From NCBI GenBank assembly GCA_017624395.1, contig JAGANE010000067.1:1-38426 (forward strand): a stretch of DNA of 38,426 nucleotides, in the 5' to 3' direction. This stretch comes from Clostridia bacterium (lineage in GTDB: Bacteria; Bacillota; Clostridia; Oscillospirales; CAG-272). The translations under genes and the position numbers were made by a program. A model generated the notes under the pieces. It ran no database searches. It worked only from the letters and a program-made list of their open reading frames with translations, and had not been told where the DNA came from. This document shows, piece by piece, positions 26,099 through 34,516 of the stretch (the stretch's first letter is position 1; the number at the start of each line of letters is the position of its first letter).

Positions 26099-27658
26099 TT
26101 ATTGATTTTTTTTGGTGTCAAAAAGCCGACGGATGATCTCGTCATTGGTATAGCCTGTATATCCGTAGGTGTTGATCAGCGTGTCGGTGCAGGCGTAAAA
26201 GTCGTCGCCAAAATAGGGGTCAAAATAAGAAATAAAGACCGCAGGGGTTCCGTAACGCATCCAGCCCGACATCATATTTCTTGCAACGGGACCCGATAGC
26301 TTGACCACATTTAGTCCGTAAACCATTTCATTGATGATGGAACAAAGAATGACGTCATAGTCACCGCTTTTTGCCATGCGTCGGATCGCGCTTCCGCCCG
26401 GGTCCTTGCGTTCCTCTACCGAAATCCCCATTTCTACCAGCCGACGTGTCAGATTCTCGGCAGCTGCCGTGGATGCCGCCGACATTCCTACGTTTCCGAG
26501 TATGACATGCGCAATTCTTGCATTTTTTTGCAGGGGAAGGGTGGACTTGCGATCACGGATCACGGCAACGCTTTTTCGGACGGTTTCCATGGCACAAGCT
26601 TCTGCCGCGGCACGGTCAAATTCGGAGGAGGCATTGACGGGATGCTCCTCAAAATACTGCTTGGAGAAGCACATCATTCGGTATGCGCGGTTTTTCAGCG
26701 TCTCTATGGTGAGTGCTCCCTCGTCAATCAAAGCCTTCATGGTGTCAAAATACTCGTCGGTGGGGTGCATAAAGAGCAGACAGTCGCCGCCTGCCTCCAA
26801 AAATCTTGCCGAGGCGCGGTAAATATTCATATATCCGCAAAATCCGTTCATCACGATGGCGTCGGAAATGATGATGCCTTCAAAGCCAAGCTTTTTCTTG
26901 AGCAGCTCCGTGAGCAGGTTTTTGGAAAGCGTTGCGGGGGGATAAAGCCCCGTTTCTTCATCAATTTCGTCATAGACAGGCAGGGTGATATGTCCCGGCA
27001 TGATCGACATTGCCCCCTGATCGATCAGGGTTTGATAAACGCGCCCAAAGCTTTTATCCCATTCATCACGCGACAAAGGATTGTCGGGCGTGGTGATGTG
27101 TTGGTCGTTTTCGCAATAGCCGTCACCGGGGAAGTGCTTGAGCGTTGCGATCAGACCTCCGTCCTGAAGTCCACGCATATACGCGCCGCCGTATTGGATC
27201 ACCGTGTCGGCATCCTCGCCCGCGGTGCGAATGGAGACAATGGGGTTGCGCTTGTAACCGAGAATATCCACGCAGGGTCCAAACGTCCAATGATAGCCGG
27301 ATTGTCTTGCTTCCTTTGCCGCGTGAATTCCCATGTCATAGGCAAGCTGCGCATCCCCCGTTTCGGCAACCGCCCTCATAGAGGGGAATTCCACCGCGCC
27401 AAGGACGGCTTTGCCCGCACCGTATTCCATATCCGCAACGATCAAAGCCTTGTTTTCTCGCTTGCCGTTCAGATCTTTTCCTGCCTGCGCTGCCGTTTGA
27501 ACGTCGGTGGGATGGAACATCATGGAAAGTACGTTTTGATCCGGGGTATCCTTTGCTAAATTATAATCGGGACAAATGACAGCGGAAAGGAGTTGTCTTA
27601 TGCTCATTTCCTCAACTTTTTTTCGAATGTCCTCATAATCCCTGATCTTGAATTTCAT
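26099..27658 (-). CDS. GH3 beta-glycosidase / probable beta-glycoside phosphorylase
   Basis: ADMEYG, FGPCVD, NP..SIR, KHFPGDGYCENDQH, IISDA nucleophile. Confidence 0.85.
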   Translation of the reverse strand: MKFKIRDYEDIRKKVEEMSIRQLLSAVICPDYNLAKDTPDQNVLSMMFHPTDVQTAAQAGKDLNGKRENKALIVADMEYGAGKAVLGAVEFPSMRAVAETGDAQLAYDMGIHAAKEARQSGYHWTFGPCVDILGYKRNPIVSIRTAGEDADTVIQYGGAYMRGLQDGGLIATLKHFPGDGYCENDQHITTPDNPLSRDEWDKSFGRVYQTLIDQGAMSIMPGHITLPVYDEIDEETGLYPPATLSKNLLTELLKKKLGFEGIIISDAIVMNGFCGYMNIYRASARFLEAGGDCLLFMHPTDEYFDTMKALIDEGALTIETLKNRAYRMMCFSKQYFEEHPVNASSEFDRAAAEACAMETVRKSVAVIRDRKSTLPLQKNARIAHVILGNVGMSAASTAAAENLTRRLVEMGISVEERKDPGGSAIRRMAKSGDYDVILCSIINEMVYGLNVVKLSGPVARNMMSGWMRYGTPAVFISYFDPYFGDDFYACTDTLINTYGYTGYTNDEIIRRLFDTKKNQ

Positions 27659-27705
27659 ATGCAGTCTCCGTTTCGGTAATAATAGAGTGAGTGATCTTTG
27701 CTTTC

Positions 27706-27734
27706 ATTATAACATATTTGTTTTAAAAATGCAA
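27706..27734 (-). promoter_or_regulatory. sigmaA promoter of the GH3-acyltransferase pair
   Basis: TTGCAT-N17-TATAAT with extended TG. Confidence 0.65.
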
Positions 27735-27812
27735 TAATTTTTTGATGTGCAAAACGGGGGGCGCATAATCAATTCGTACAAAGTGATTTTACACCGCAAG
27801 TAGGATTTTATT

Positions 27813-27847
27813 AAAAAAAGCACACCTGTATTGCAGATGTGCTTTTT
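27813..27847 (-). terminator. Terminator of the tRNA-Ile2 transcript
   Basis: AAAAAGCACATCTGCAATACAGGTGTGCTTTTTTT on the minus strand. Confidence 0.8.
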
Positions 27848-27946
27848 GGGTGGAGCATTCGGAATTGGATCCGAACCACACCATCGGGGTATGAAGTTTG
27901 GCATATCGCTGCACGTCCCCGATAATTGGGGGCGGCAACTTGCCGC

Positions 27947-28023
27947 TGGTGGACCATCAAGGACTCGAACCTTGGACCTACCGGTTATGAGCCGGGAGCT
28001 CTAACCAACTGAGCTAATGGTCC
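27947..28023 (-). tRNA. tRNA-Ile2 (CAT, lysidine-modified); elongator Met less likely
   Basis: GGACCATTAGCTCAGTTGGTTAGAGCTCCCGGCTCATAACCGGTAGGTCCAAGGTTCGAGTCCTTGATGGTCCACCA; GGACC/GGTCC acceptor stem resembles Bacillota Ile2. Confidence 0.88.
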
Positions 28024-28039
28024 GATCTGTATCCCCATT

Positions 28040-28068
28040 ATTATATCGGAAATTGAAACAAAAGTCAA
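28040..28068 (-). promoter_or_regulatory. sigmaA promoter of tRNA-Ile2
   Basis: TTGACT-N17-TATAAT. Confidence 0.75.
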
Positions 28069-28222
28069 GCCCTTTTTGCGTTTTTGTCCTAAAAAATCAT
28101 AAATTTTGAAAAACAGTCCTTTTTTTTCATTGGTAAAAAAATTTCGGGTTGTTTTTTTCTTTCCACTGTGCTATAATATCTACAGAAAAAAATAGCTCTC
28201 GGTACGCGGAAAGGAATACGCT

Positions 28223-29044
28223 ATGAAAAAATTTGAAGGTGTCCTGCTTTGCAGTGATCTTGACGGCACACTTCTCTCTGGAAACAAGTCGGTCTCGGAG
28301 GAGAACCTCAAGGCAATTGAATATTTTAAGTCCGAAGGCGGGAGATTTACGTTTATTACAGGGCGCATGCCGTTATTCGTTTCGGAGTTTTACAATTTGA
28401 TCCACCCAAACGCGCCCATCGGATGCATCAATGGAGGTGGAATTTACGACTATGCTGCGGGAAAATATCTTTGGACGCAGGCGGCAGACCCCTCTATTTT
28501 GGATCTTGTGGAGCTGGTTGACAAGCATTTGGACGGCATTGGAATTCAGGTCAACACCTTTGAGCATACCTATTTTTGCAAGGATGATCCCGTTATGGTG
28601 TGGTTCCGCGTGATCACGGGAGCGAAGCATCTTGTTCGGCATTACCGAGAGATCGACGAGCCGATTGCAAAGATTTTGTTCGGTGTCGGTGAAACCGAAA
28701 GCATGAAGGATTTGGAGACCTTGCTCAGGTCGCACCCTGCTGCCGATCGCTTTGATTTTGTCTGCTCCGAGAAAAAACTGTTTGAGATCCTTGCCAAGGG
28801 CATCAACAAAGGAACACTTTTGGTGCGAATGGCAGAGATTTTGAAGATCGATCTATCAAAAACGGTTGCCGTGGGGGATTACAACAATGATATTGCGATG
28901 TTGCGCGCTGCGGGACTTGGAATTGCCGTGGCAAACGCCTGCGATGCTGCCAAGGAGGCGGCGGATCATGTCACGGTGAGCAACGAGGAGCATGCCATTG
29001 CAAGGATCATTTCGGATCTGGACACGGGAATTTTGAAATTGTAA
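28223..29044 (+). CDS. Cof-type HAD-IIB phosphatase
   Basis: SDLDGTLL, TGR, NGG, NKG, GDYNND. Confidence 0.92.
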   Translation: MKKFEGVLLCSDLDGTLLSGNKSVSEENLKAIEYFKSEGGRFTFITGRMPLFVSEFYNLIHPNAPIGCINGGGIYDYAAGKYLWTQAADPSILDLVELVDKHLDGIGIQVNTFEHTYFCKDDPVMVWFRVITGAKHLVRHYREIDEPIAKILFGVGETESMKDLETLLRSHPAADRFDFVCSEKKLFEILAKGINKGTLLVRMAEILKIDLSKTVAVGDYNNDIAMLRAAGLGIAVANACDAAKEAADHVTVSNEEHAIARIISDLDTGILKL

Positions 29045-29046
29045 AA

Positions 29047-29333
29047 GGCTCTGTCATATTATTTGACTGATTTTTGCGAGATTCCAACCGTGATAAATCA
29101 CGGTTGATCCTCCCTACGGTCGGATTTCGACTACGTCCCGCCGACACCGAAGGTGTCATCCTGAGAAGGATTGCAAGCAATCCGATCGAACTTTTGGGGC
29201 TTTGCCCCAAAAGCACGAGGCGTAGCCGAAGTGGGATCTTGGCGGGACGGGAGTGCTTGCACTCCTTCTCAGCAATGACACGCAAGCGTGTCGCAAAAAA
29301 TGCTAAAAATCAACCGTATGCTGTGACAGAGCC
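29047..29333. mobile_element. 287-bp non-autonomous MITE (ISL3- or IS1595-type ends) with REP-like hairpin interior
   Basis: Ends GGCTCTGTCA-N11-TGATTTTT on both strands; 8-bp direct repeat TTGTAAAA at 29039-29046 and 29334-29341; no transposase. Confidence 0.8.
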
Positions 29334-29497
29334 TTGTAAAAAAGGATAAAGAGCAAAATAAAAAGAGCAATTTTCTCCTTTCACGCCGACGCTGTGAAAA
29401 GAATGTTTTTTACCGCACCTTTCTCTTACTTTCGACAAGGTCTTTGTGGTATGATAGATATGGCAAGGACGACCTTGTGACGGAAAGGAGAAAAAGA

Positions 29498-30217
29498 ATG
29501 AAAAGATCAATTTTACTTTGTAGCTTACTTTGCGCCCTGCTTTGCAGTTGTCAGACAGCGCCCGACACGCAGTCTCCTGTTGATGAAGAACAAAATGAAA
29601 CGGTAAATCATGACCAAACAGACAAGACCGATGCCGAGGCACAAACGCGGTTGGCGTATTATGAGAGCTTGGTGGGAAATTTACAGGCAGAGATTTTGGA
29701 TCTCAAAGCCTCGCTGTTTTCCGAGCGTGTGGAATACGAGGCTCGCATCGATGCATTGGAGACCGAGCTGAAGGCAATGGGAGATGGCAATGAGGGGAGT
29801 ACGTCAAATCCGAATGAGGAAGCGGGCAATTCCCCGTCGGAGACAGATGAGCGGCTGTTCCGCTACACCGTATCCAACGGGGAGGCAGTGCTGACGGCAT
29901 ATTTGGGAGATGCCTCCGAGGTTTTGATCCCCGCAACACTTGGCGGATGTCCCGTGGTTGCGGTGGGGGATCGCGCGTTTTTAAATCAAACCTCATTGAC
30001 CTCTGTGACTCTTCCGAAAGGCGTCAGGGAAATCGGTTGGTTTGCATTTTCTGGTTGTATCGCGCTGGAGCGTGTTGAGATCCCGTCCAACGTGCGGGCA
30101 ATTGCTTATGGGGCATTTCAAAATTGCAGTGATACGCTGACCGTGGTTTGCCATGTTGGTTCTTATGCCGAGGCATATGCACAGAGCTACGGCATGCGGA
30201 TATTGCGTCAATCATAA
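29498..30217 (+). CDS. Lipoprotein with coiled coil and BspA-type leucine-rich repeats
   Basis: Signal peptide with lipobox LCSC; LTSVTLPKGVREIGWFAFSGC repeats; GSYAEAYA tail; ATG 29498 after AAGGAG. Confidence 0.85.
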   Translation: MKRSILLCSLLCALLCSCQTAPDTQSPVDEEQNETVNHDQTDKTDAEAQTRLAYYESLVGNLQAEILDLKASLFSERVEYEARIDALETELKAMGDGNEGSTSNPNEEAGNSPSETDERLFRYTVSNGEAVLTAYLGDASEVLIPATLGGCPVVAVGDRAFLNQTSLTSVTLPKGVREIGWFAFSGCIALERVEIPSNVRAIAYGAFQNCSDTLTVVCHVGSYAEAYAQSYGMRILRQS

Positions 30218-30268
30218 AAGGCTCGGAGAGCAGGGGTACGCTTGAGGTACTGCTCTCCGAGCTTTTTT
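30217..30268. terminator. Bidirectional terminator
   Basis: GCTCGGAGAGCAG...CTGCTCTCCGAGC-TTTTTT. Confidence 0.75.
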
Positions 30269-30284
30269 GTATTTTAGTCAATTT

Positions 30285-31433
30285 TTAATCCTTGACCAAT
30301 TCCAACGCATCAAAGTCCACCGAGTAAAGGATTTTGGTTGCCGCGGGGAGGGGAACCGAAACGGTGGATGAGATTTTGAGGGGCTGCGTAGGCGCGATCT
30401 CGTCAAAGATCCACTCACTGCCACCGCCAAGGATCTTGTTGTCGGCATTGAGGTATTGGTAATGCAAAATGACCGAGTGCAAGGGACGGTCATAGGCACT
30501 TTGCAGATTGCCGATCAGCTTGGTAGCGTTTTCTGCACGTGCAACGCGGGGGGCATTCAGCTTCAGATGCCTCATGATGGGGGTGGAAAGCTTAAAATAG
30601 GAGGCAGGCTTTGCCGTGGCGGAAAGACTTGCCACCGCCGCACCCTTGATGCGCTTGGTGACACCGAAATGATAAATGGTGGCAGGATCGATCGATTGCA
30701 GTTGATCCTTGATCACTGTGATAATGTTGCCGTTGCGATCCTTTAAGGTAATGTCAATTCCAACGCCGCGTGCCATGCGGTCGGGATTGGGATTTTCAAT
30801 ATCCACACCGAGAGAGAGCATATAACCATCTCCGTCACGCTTTCCCGCACTTCCGCCAAGTGCGCGAATCTTGAGCGGGAGCGGTTCTGCTTCAGGCTCT
30901 GCTGTCAGCTCGTCCAGCATGCGGCGGAAGGATTCGTAATAGCTCCACGTATAAGTTTTTTCGGGGTTGCGATCCTCCATGTAGGCAAATTCCATCAGCG
31001 TTACGGTAAACAGACGCAGATATTGCATCACCTTTCCAATCTCGCCTGCATCAATGCCAAGCGCGAGACAGCTTGACCAATAGGAGCCGTCGGAAAGCGT
31101 AAAGCGGTTGCCGTATTTGCGACAGAGGGTGCGGTAAGCTTCACTGCTCTGATCGCGAAAGGCGGCGATCATCGTGCTTGCAAGCTCCTCGTCAATCCCT
31201 GCCGTGGCGTGTCGGTAAAAGCTTTCGGCAGCATCGGGCTCCCAGCCCTGTGCGTATGCCTCGGAGAGCAGGGCAAAGGAAAACTGACCGTACATATTCA
31301 AATCGGGCAGCAGGGTGCAAAGATCCAATTGACGCTCAGGATGGACGATGCAGGAGAGGGAAAGGAATTCTCGCACGTCGCGTACGACCTCACCCACACC
31401 CTTGCCTGTTGCATTTTGAAATTCGGTTTCCAT
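30285..31433 (-). CDS. Hypothetical protein: helical N-terminal domain plus two FxLYD-like Ig domains
   Basis: 382-aa ORF with its own promoter and terminator; IENPN...ITLKDRNGNII and YQYLNADNKILGG segments. Confidence 0.65.
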   Translation of the reverse strand: METEFQNATGKGVGEVVRDVREFLSLSCIVHPERQLDLCTLLPDLNMYGQFSFALLSEAYAQGWEPDAAESFYRHATAGIDEELASTMIAAFRDQSSEAYRTLCRKYGNRFTLSDGSYWSSCLALGIDAGEIGKVMQYLRLFTVTLMEFAYMEDRNPEKTYTWSYYESFRRMLDELTAEPEAEPLPLKIRALGGSAGKRDGDGYMLSLGVDIENPNPDRMARGVGIDITLKDRNGNIITVIKDQLQSIDPATIYHFGVTKRIKGAAVASLSATAKPASYFKLSTPIMRHLKLNAPRVARAENATKLIGNLQSAYDRPLHSVILHYQYLNADNKILGGGSEWIFDEIAPTQPLKISSTVSVPLPAATKILYSVDFDALELVKD

Positions 31434-31487
31434 ATTTATTTACCAAACCTTTCTGCAAAAACGGAAAAAATAAAGTGATTTTTCCTA

Positions 31488-31561
31488 TTGAAATCTCAAA
31501 AAAAATATTGTATAATATAAAATATATAATCTATTATACACCCAATCTTGTCTTTTGGCAA
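31488..31561. promoter_or_regulatory. Face-to-face sigmaA promoters (nfnAB and the hypothetical gene)
   Basis: Plus TTGAAA-N17-TATAAT (31488-31516); minus TTGCCA-N17-TATAAT (31561-31533). Confidence 0.65.
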
Positions 31562-31626
31562 GTGGAATTTTGGATTTTGATATATTTTTACCGATTTTTT
31601 GTATCATGAAAGGTGGAAACGCGCAA

Positions 31627-32469
31627 ATGTACCGCATTTTGGAAAAAAGAAAACTCAATCCCACGGTTACGCTGATGAAGATCGAAGCCCCTGCCGTTGC
31701 AAAAAAAGCAGAGCCGGGGCAGTTTATCATTCTGCGTACTGATGCCGATGGGGAAAGAATCCCTCTGACGATTGCCGACTATGACCGTGCGGCAGGGAGC
31801 GTGACCATTATTTTTCAGATCGTCGGTGCAACCACCGAAAAGCTTGGACACATGGAAACGGGCGATTGCCTTTGCGATTTTGTCGGTCCGTTGGGAAGGG
31901 CTACCGAGACCGAGGGGCTCCGCAAGGTTGCCGTGGTTGGCGGCGGCGTAGGCTGTGCCATTGCCTATCCCGTAGCCAAAAAGCTGTTTGAACAGGGTGC
32001 CGAGGTACATGCCGTGGTTGGCTTTCGCACCAAGGAGCTTGTGATTTTAGAGGACGAATTTGCGGCTGCATCTCACCGCCTTGTCAAAATGTCGGACGAT
32101 GGCTCGTGGGGGGAAAAGGGACTTGTGACCGATGCACTCCGCGGCTTGATCGAGTCGGGAGAAGTATATGACGAGGTCATTACCATCGGTCCGCTCCCCA
32201 TGATGAAATTTGTGTGCAAGCTGACACGGGAATACGGCATCAAGACCGTGGCATCGATGAATCCCATTATGATCGACGGCACGGGAATGTGCGGCGGTTG
32301 CCGTTTGACGGTGGGCGGCGAAACGAAATTTGCCTGCGTGGACGGTCCCGAATTTGACGGCCATCTGATTGATTTTGACGAGGCGATCGCGCGCTCGTCA
32401 ATGTATAAGCCCTTTGAGAGAGCGGCGCATGAGGCGACCTGCAATCTCTTTTCCAAGGAGGTCAAGTAA
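31627..32469 (+). CDS. nfnA: Electron-bifurcating transhydrogenase small subunit NfnA (PyrK-like FAD/[2Fe-2S])
   Basis: PGQFII, GERIPLTIAD, GGGVG, MIDGTGMCGGCR, ACVDGPEF; start at ATG 31627. Confidence 0.9.
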   Translation: MYRILEKRKLNPTVTLMKIEAPAVAKKAEPGQFIILRTDADGERIPLTIADYDRAAGSVTIIFQIVGATTEKLGHMETGDCLCDFVGPLGRATETEGLRKVAVVGGGVGCAIAYPVAKKLFEQGAEVHAVVGFRTKELVILEDEFAAASHRLVKMSDDGSWGEKGLVTDALRGLIESGEVYDEVITIGPLPMMKFVCKLTREYGIKTVASMNPIMIDGTGMCGGCRLTVGGETKFACVDGPEFDGHLIDFDEAIARSSMYKPFERAAHEATCNLFSKEVK

Positions 32470-32470
32470 T

Positions 32471-33862
32471 ATGCCAAATCTTTCCCCAAAAAAGAATTCC
32501 ATGCCTTCGCAGGATCCCAAGCTCCGCGCACGTAATTTTGACGAGGTAGCATTGGGATATACCGCCGAGATGGCAGTGGAGGAGGCGGACCGTTGCTTAA
32601 ACTGTAAAAAGCAGCTTTGCGTAGAGGGATGTCCCGTGGGAATCTCGATCCCAAGCTTTATTCAAAAGGTAAAGGTGGGCGAGTTTGAGGAGGCCTACCG
32701 CATCATCAGCGAGGCAAGCTCTTTGCCTGCCGTTTGCGGACGTGTTTGTCCGCAGGAGAGTCAATGTGAAGGAAGATGCGTGCGAGGGATCAAGGGTGAG
32801 CCTGTGGGCATCGGTCGCTTGGAGCGCTTTGTTGCCGATTATCATAACGCCATCGCACCCGAAGCCCCCCAAAAGCCCGTCTCAAACGGACGTCGTGTAG
32901 CGGTTGTCGGCTCCGGTCCTGCGGGGCTTACCTGCGCGGGAGATCTCGCAAAGCGCGGCTATGACGTCACCGTATTTGAAGCTTTGCATACGGCGGGCGG
33001 CGTGCTGGTGTACGGCATTCCCGAGTTCCGTCTGCCCAAAGCCATCGTAGCAAAGGAAATCGATACCCTCAAGGCACTTGGTGTCAGGGTCGAGGTCAAC
33101 ACCGTGGTCGGCAAAACGGTCTCTGTGCACGAGCTGATGAAGGAAGAAGGCTTTGAAGCTGTTTTTATCGGTACGGGTGCGGGACTTCCTCGCTTTATGA
33201 AGATCCCGGGTGAAAATCTCAAGGGCGTATATTCGGCAAACGAATTTTTGACACGTGTCAATTTAATGAAGGCTTATCGCAAGGACAGTGCCACGCCGAT
33301 CCAACACGCACGCCGTGTGGTGGTGGTTGGCGGAGGCAACGTGGCAATGGATGCCGCCCGCAGTGCTTTGCGCCTGGGGGCCGATCAGGTCTACATCGTA
33401 TACCGTCGCTCATTGGACGAGCTTCCCGCAATACGCTAGGAGGTCGAGCATGCGATGGAGGAGGGCGTAGAGTTCAAGCTGCTCAACAATCCCGTGGAGA
33501 TCCTCGGAGATGAAAACGGCTTTGTTCGCGCTGTAAAATGTGTAAAAATGGAGCTTGGTGAGTCTGATGCATCGGGACGGCGTAGTCCCGTGGAGATTCC
33601 AAACTCCGAATTTCTCGTGGAATGTGACAGTGTGATCATGTCCATTGGTACCTCGCCAAACCCGTTGATCAAATCAACCACCGAGGGGCTGGAGATCAAC
33701 CGACGCGGTGGCATTGTCGTAGAGGAAAGCACGGGACAAACCTCGCTGGAGGGTGTATTTGCGGGCGGCGATGCCGTCACGGGTGCCGCCACCGTCATTC
33801 TCGCCATGGGAGCAGGAAAGTCTGCTGCCAAAGCCATTGACGAGTATTTGAATGACAAATAA
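32471..33862 (+). pseudogene. nfnB: NfnB / GltD-like large subunit interrupted by in-frame TAG at 33437-33439
   Basis: RCLNC...C..GCP, CGRVCPQESQCEG.C, GSGPAG, YGIPEFRLP, GGGNVAMD, FAGGDAVTG; both ORF pieces are in the same frame. Confidence 0.88.
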
Positions 33863-33870
33863 ATTATTTG

Positions 33871-33903
33871 GGGGCTGAACCAACTGCAGGTTGGTTCAGC
33901 CCC
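33871..33903. terminator. Hairpin terminator between convergent genes
   Basis: GGGGCTGAACCAAC-N5-GTTGGTTCAGCCCC. Confidence 0.7.
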
Positions 33904-33929
33904 ATCTTTATGCTTGCGCTTTAAGTAGG

Positions 33930-34472
33930 TTAATTGGGAGTAAGGATGGCTGCCTTTTGCTTTTTGTTGACATAAAGGAAAGCCCATAAATAGCAGCCCT
34001 CAAGGATTGCCACTATGGCGGTAAGTCCGTACTTAACCAAGTATAAAACGGTTCTCGCAGGAAGTGCATGGTTTTCTACATGATAATGAAACACATAACG
34101 GATAACAAACATTTCCGATATCTCGGTGTGCATCAAGAGAAATGCTATAGCCGCCCCTGCAATCAAGGGTAACGATAAGAAATAAATTTTCTTATTTTGT
34201 TTTTGCACAGTACGTAACAGAACAAACAAAAATGCAACAATCGTCAATAAGGCGGCGGAAAACAAAAGAATTGCCTCAGGAGTGATACGGTCAAACACAA
34301 AGGTATAGCCGGACAATCCGGTTTGAATGTTGTTAACAAGCTTGATCTTTTGACATTTTGTCCAACCATCTTCAATCAAAACATATACTGCATAAAATGT
34401 GTATAAGCTAAAAGCAATTGCAGTTGCAAGGCGTAGGACGGTTAAAACAATTCGATGACTCTTATGGGACAT
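33930..34472 (-). CDS. Hypothetical 4-TM membrane protein, AT-rich
   Basis: 180 aa, GAAAGGAG RBS, four hydrophobic segments. Confidence 0.7.
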   Translation of the reverse strand: MSHKSHRIVLTVLRLATAIAFSLYTFYAVYVLIEDGWTKCQKIKLVNNIQTGLSGYTFVFDRITPEAILLFSAALLTIVAFLFVLLRTVQKQNKKIYFLSLPLIAGAAIAFLLMHTEISEMFVIRYVFHYHVENHALPARTVLYLVKYGLTAIVAILEGCYLWAFLYVNKKQKAAILTPN

Positions 34473-34516
34473 TGTTGATACTCCTTTCGTTTTTACTACC
34501 TTTGTGAAAATTACAA

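Noticed and set aside
27947-28023. Amber-suppressor or initiator tRNA
   Set aside because: Anticodon is CAT, not CTA; it has a paired G1-C72 and lacks the three consecutive G-C anticodon-stem pairs of fMet tRNA.
29086-29292. Possible CRISPR array or attC cassette in the hairpin cluster
   Set aside because: No identical direct repeats with regular spacers; no cas or integron integrase nearby.
29074-29349. 91-92 aa ORFs on both strands across the MITE
   Set aside because: No transposase motifs or RBS; by-products of a GC-rich palindromic sequence.
33437-33439. Pyrrolysine or selenocysteine insertion
   Set aside because: Sec uses TGA; no pyl genes or tRNA-Pyl in the window; the position aligns with a conserved Glu.
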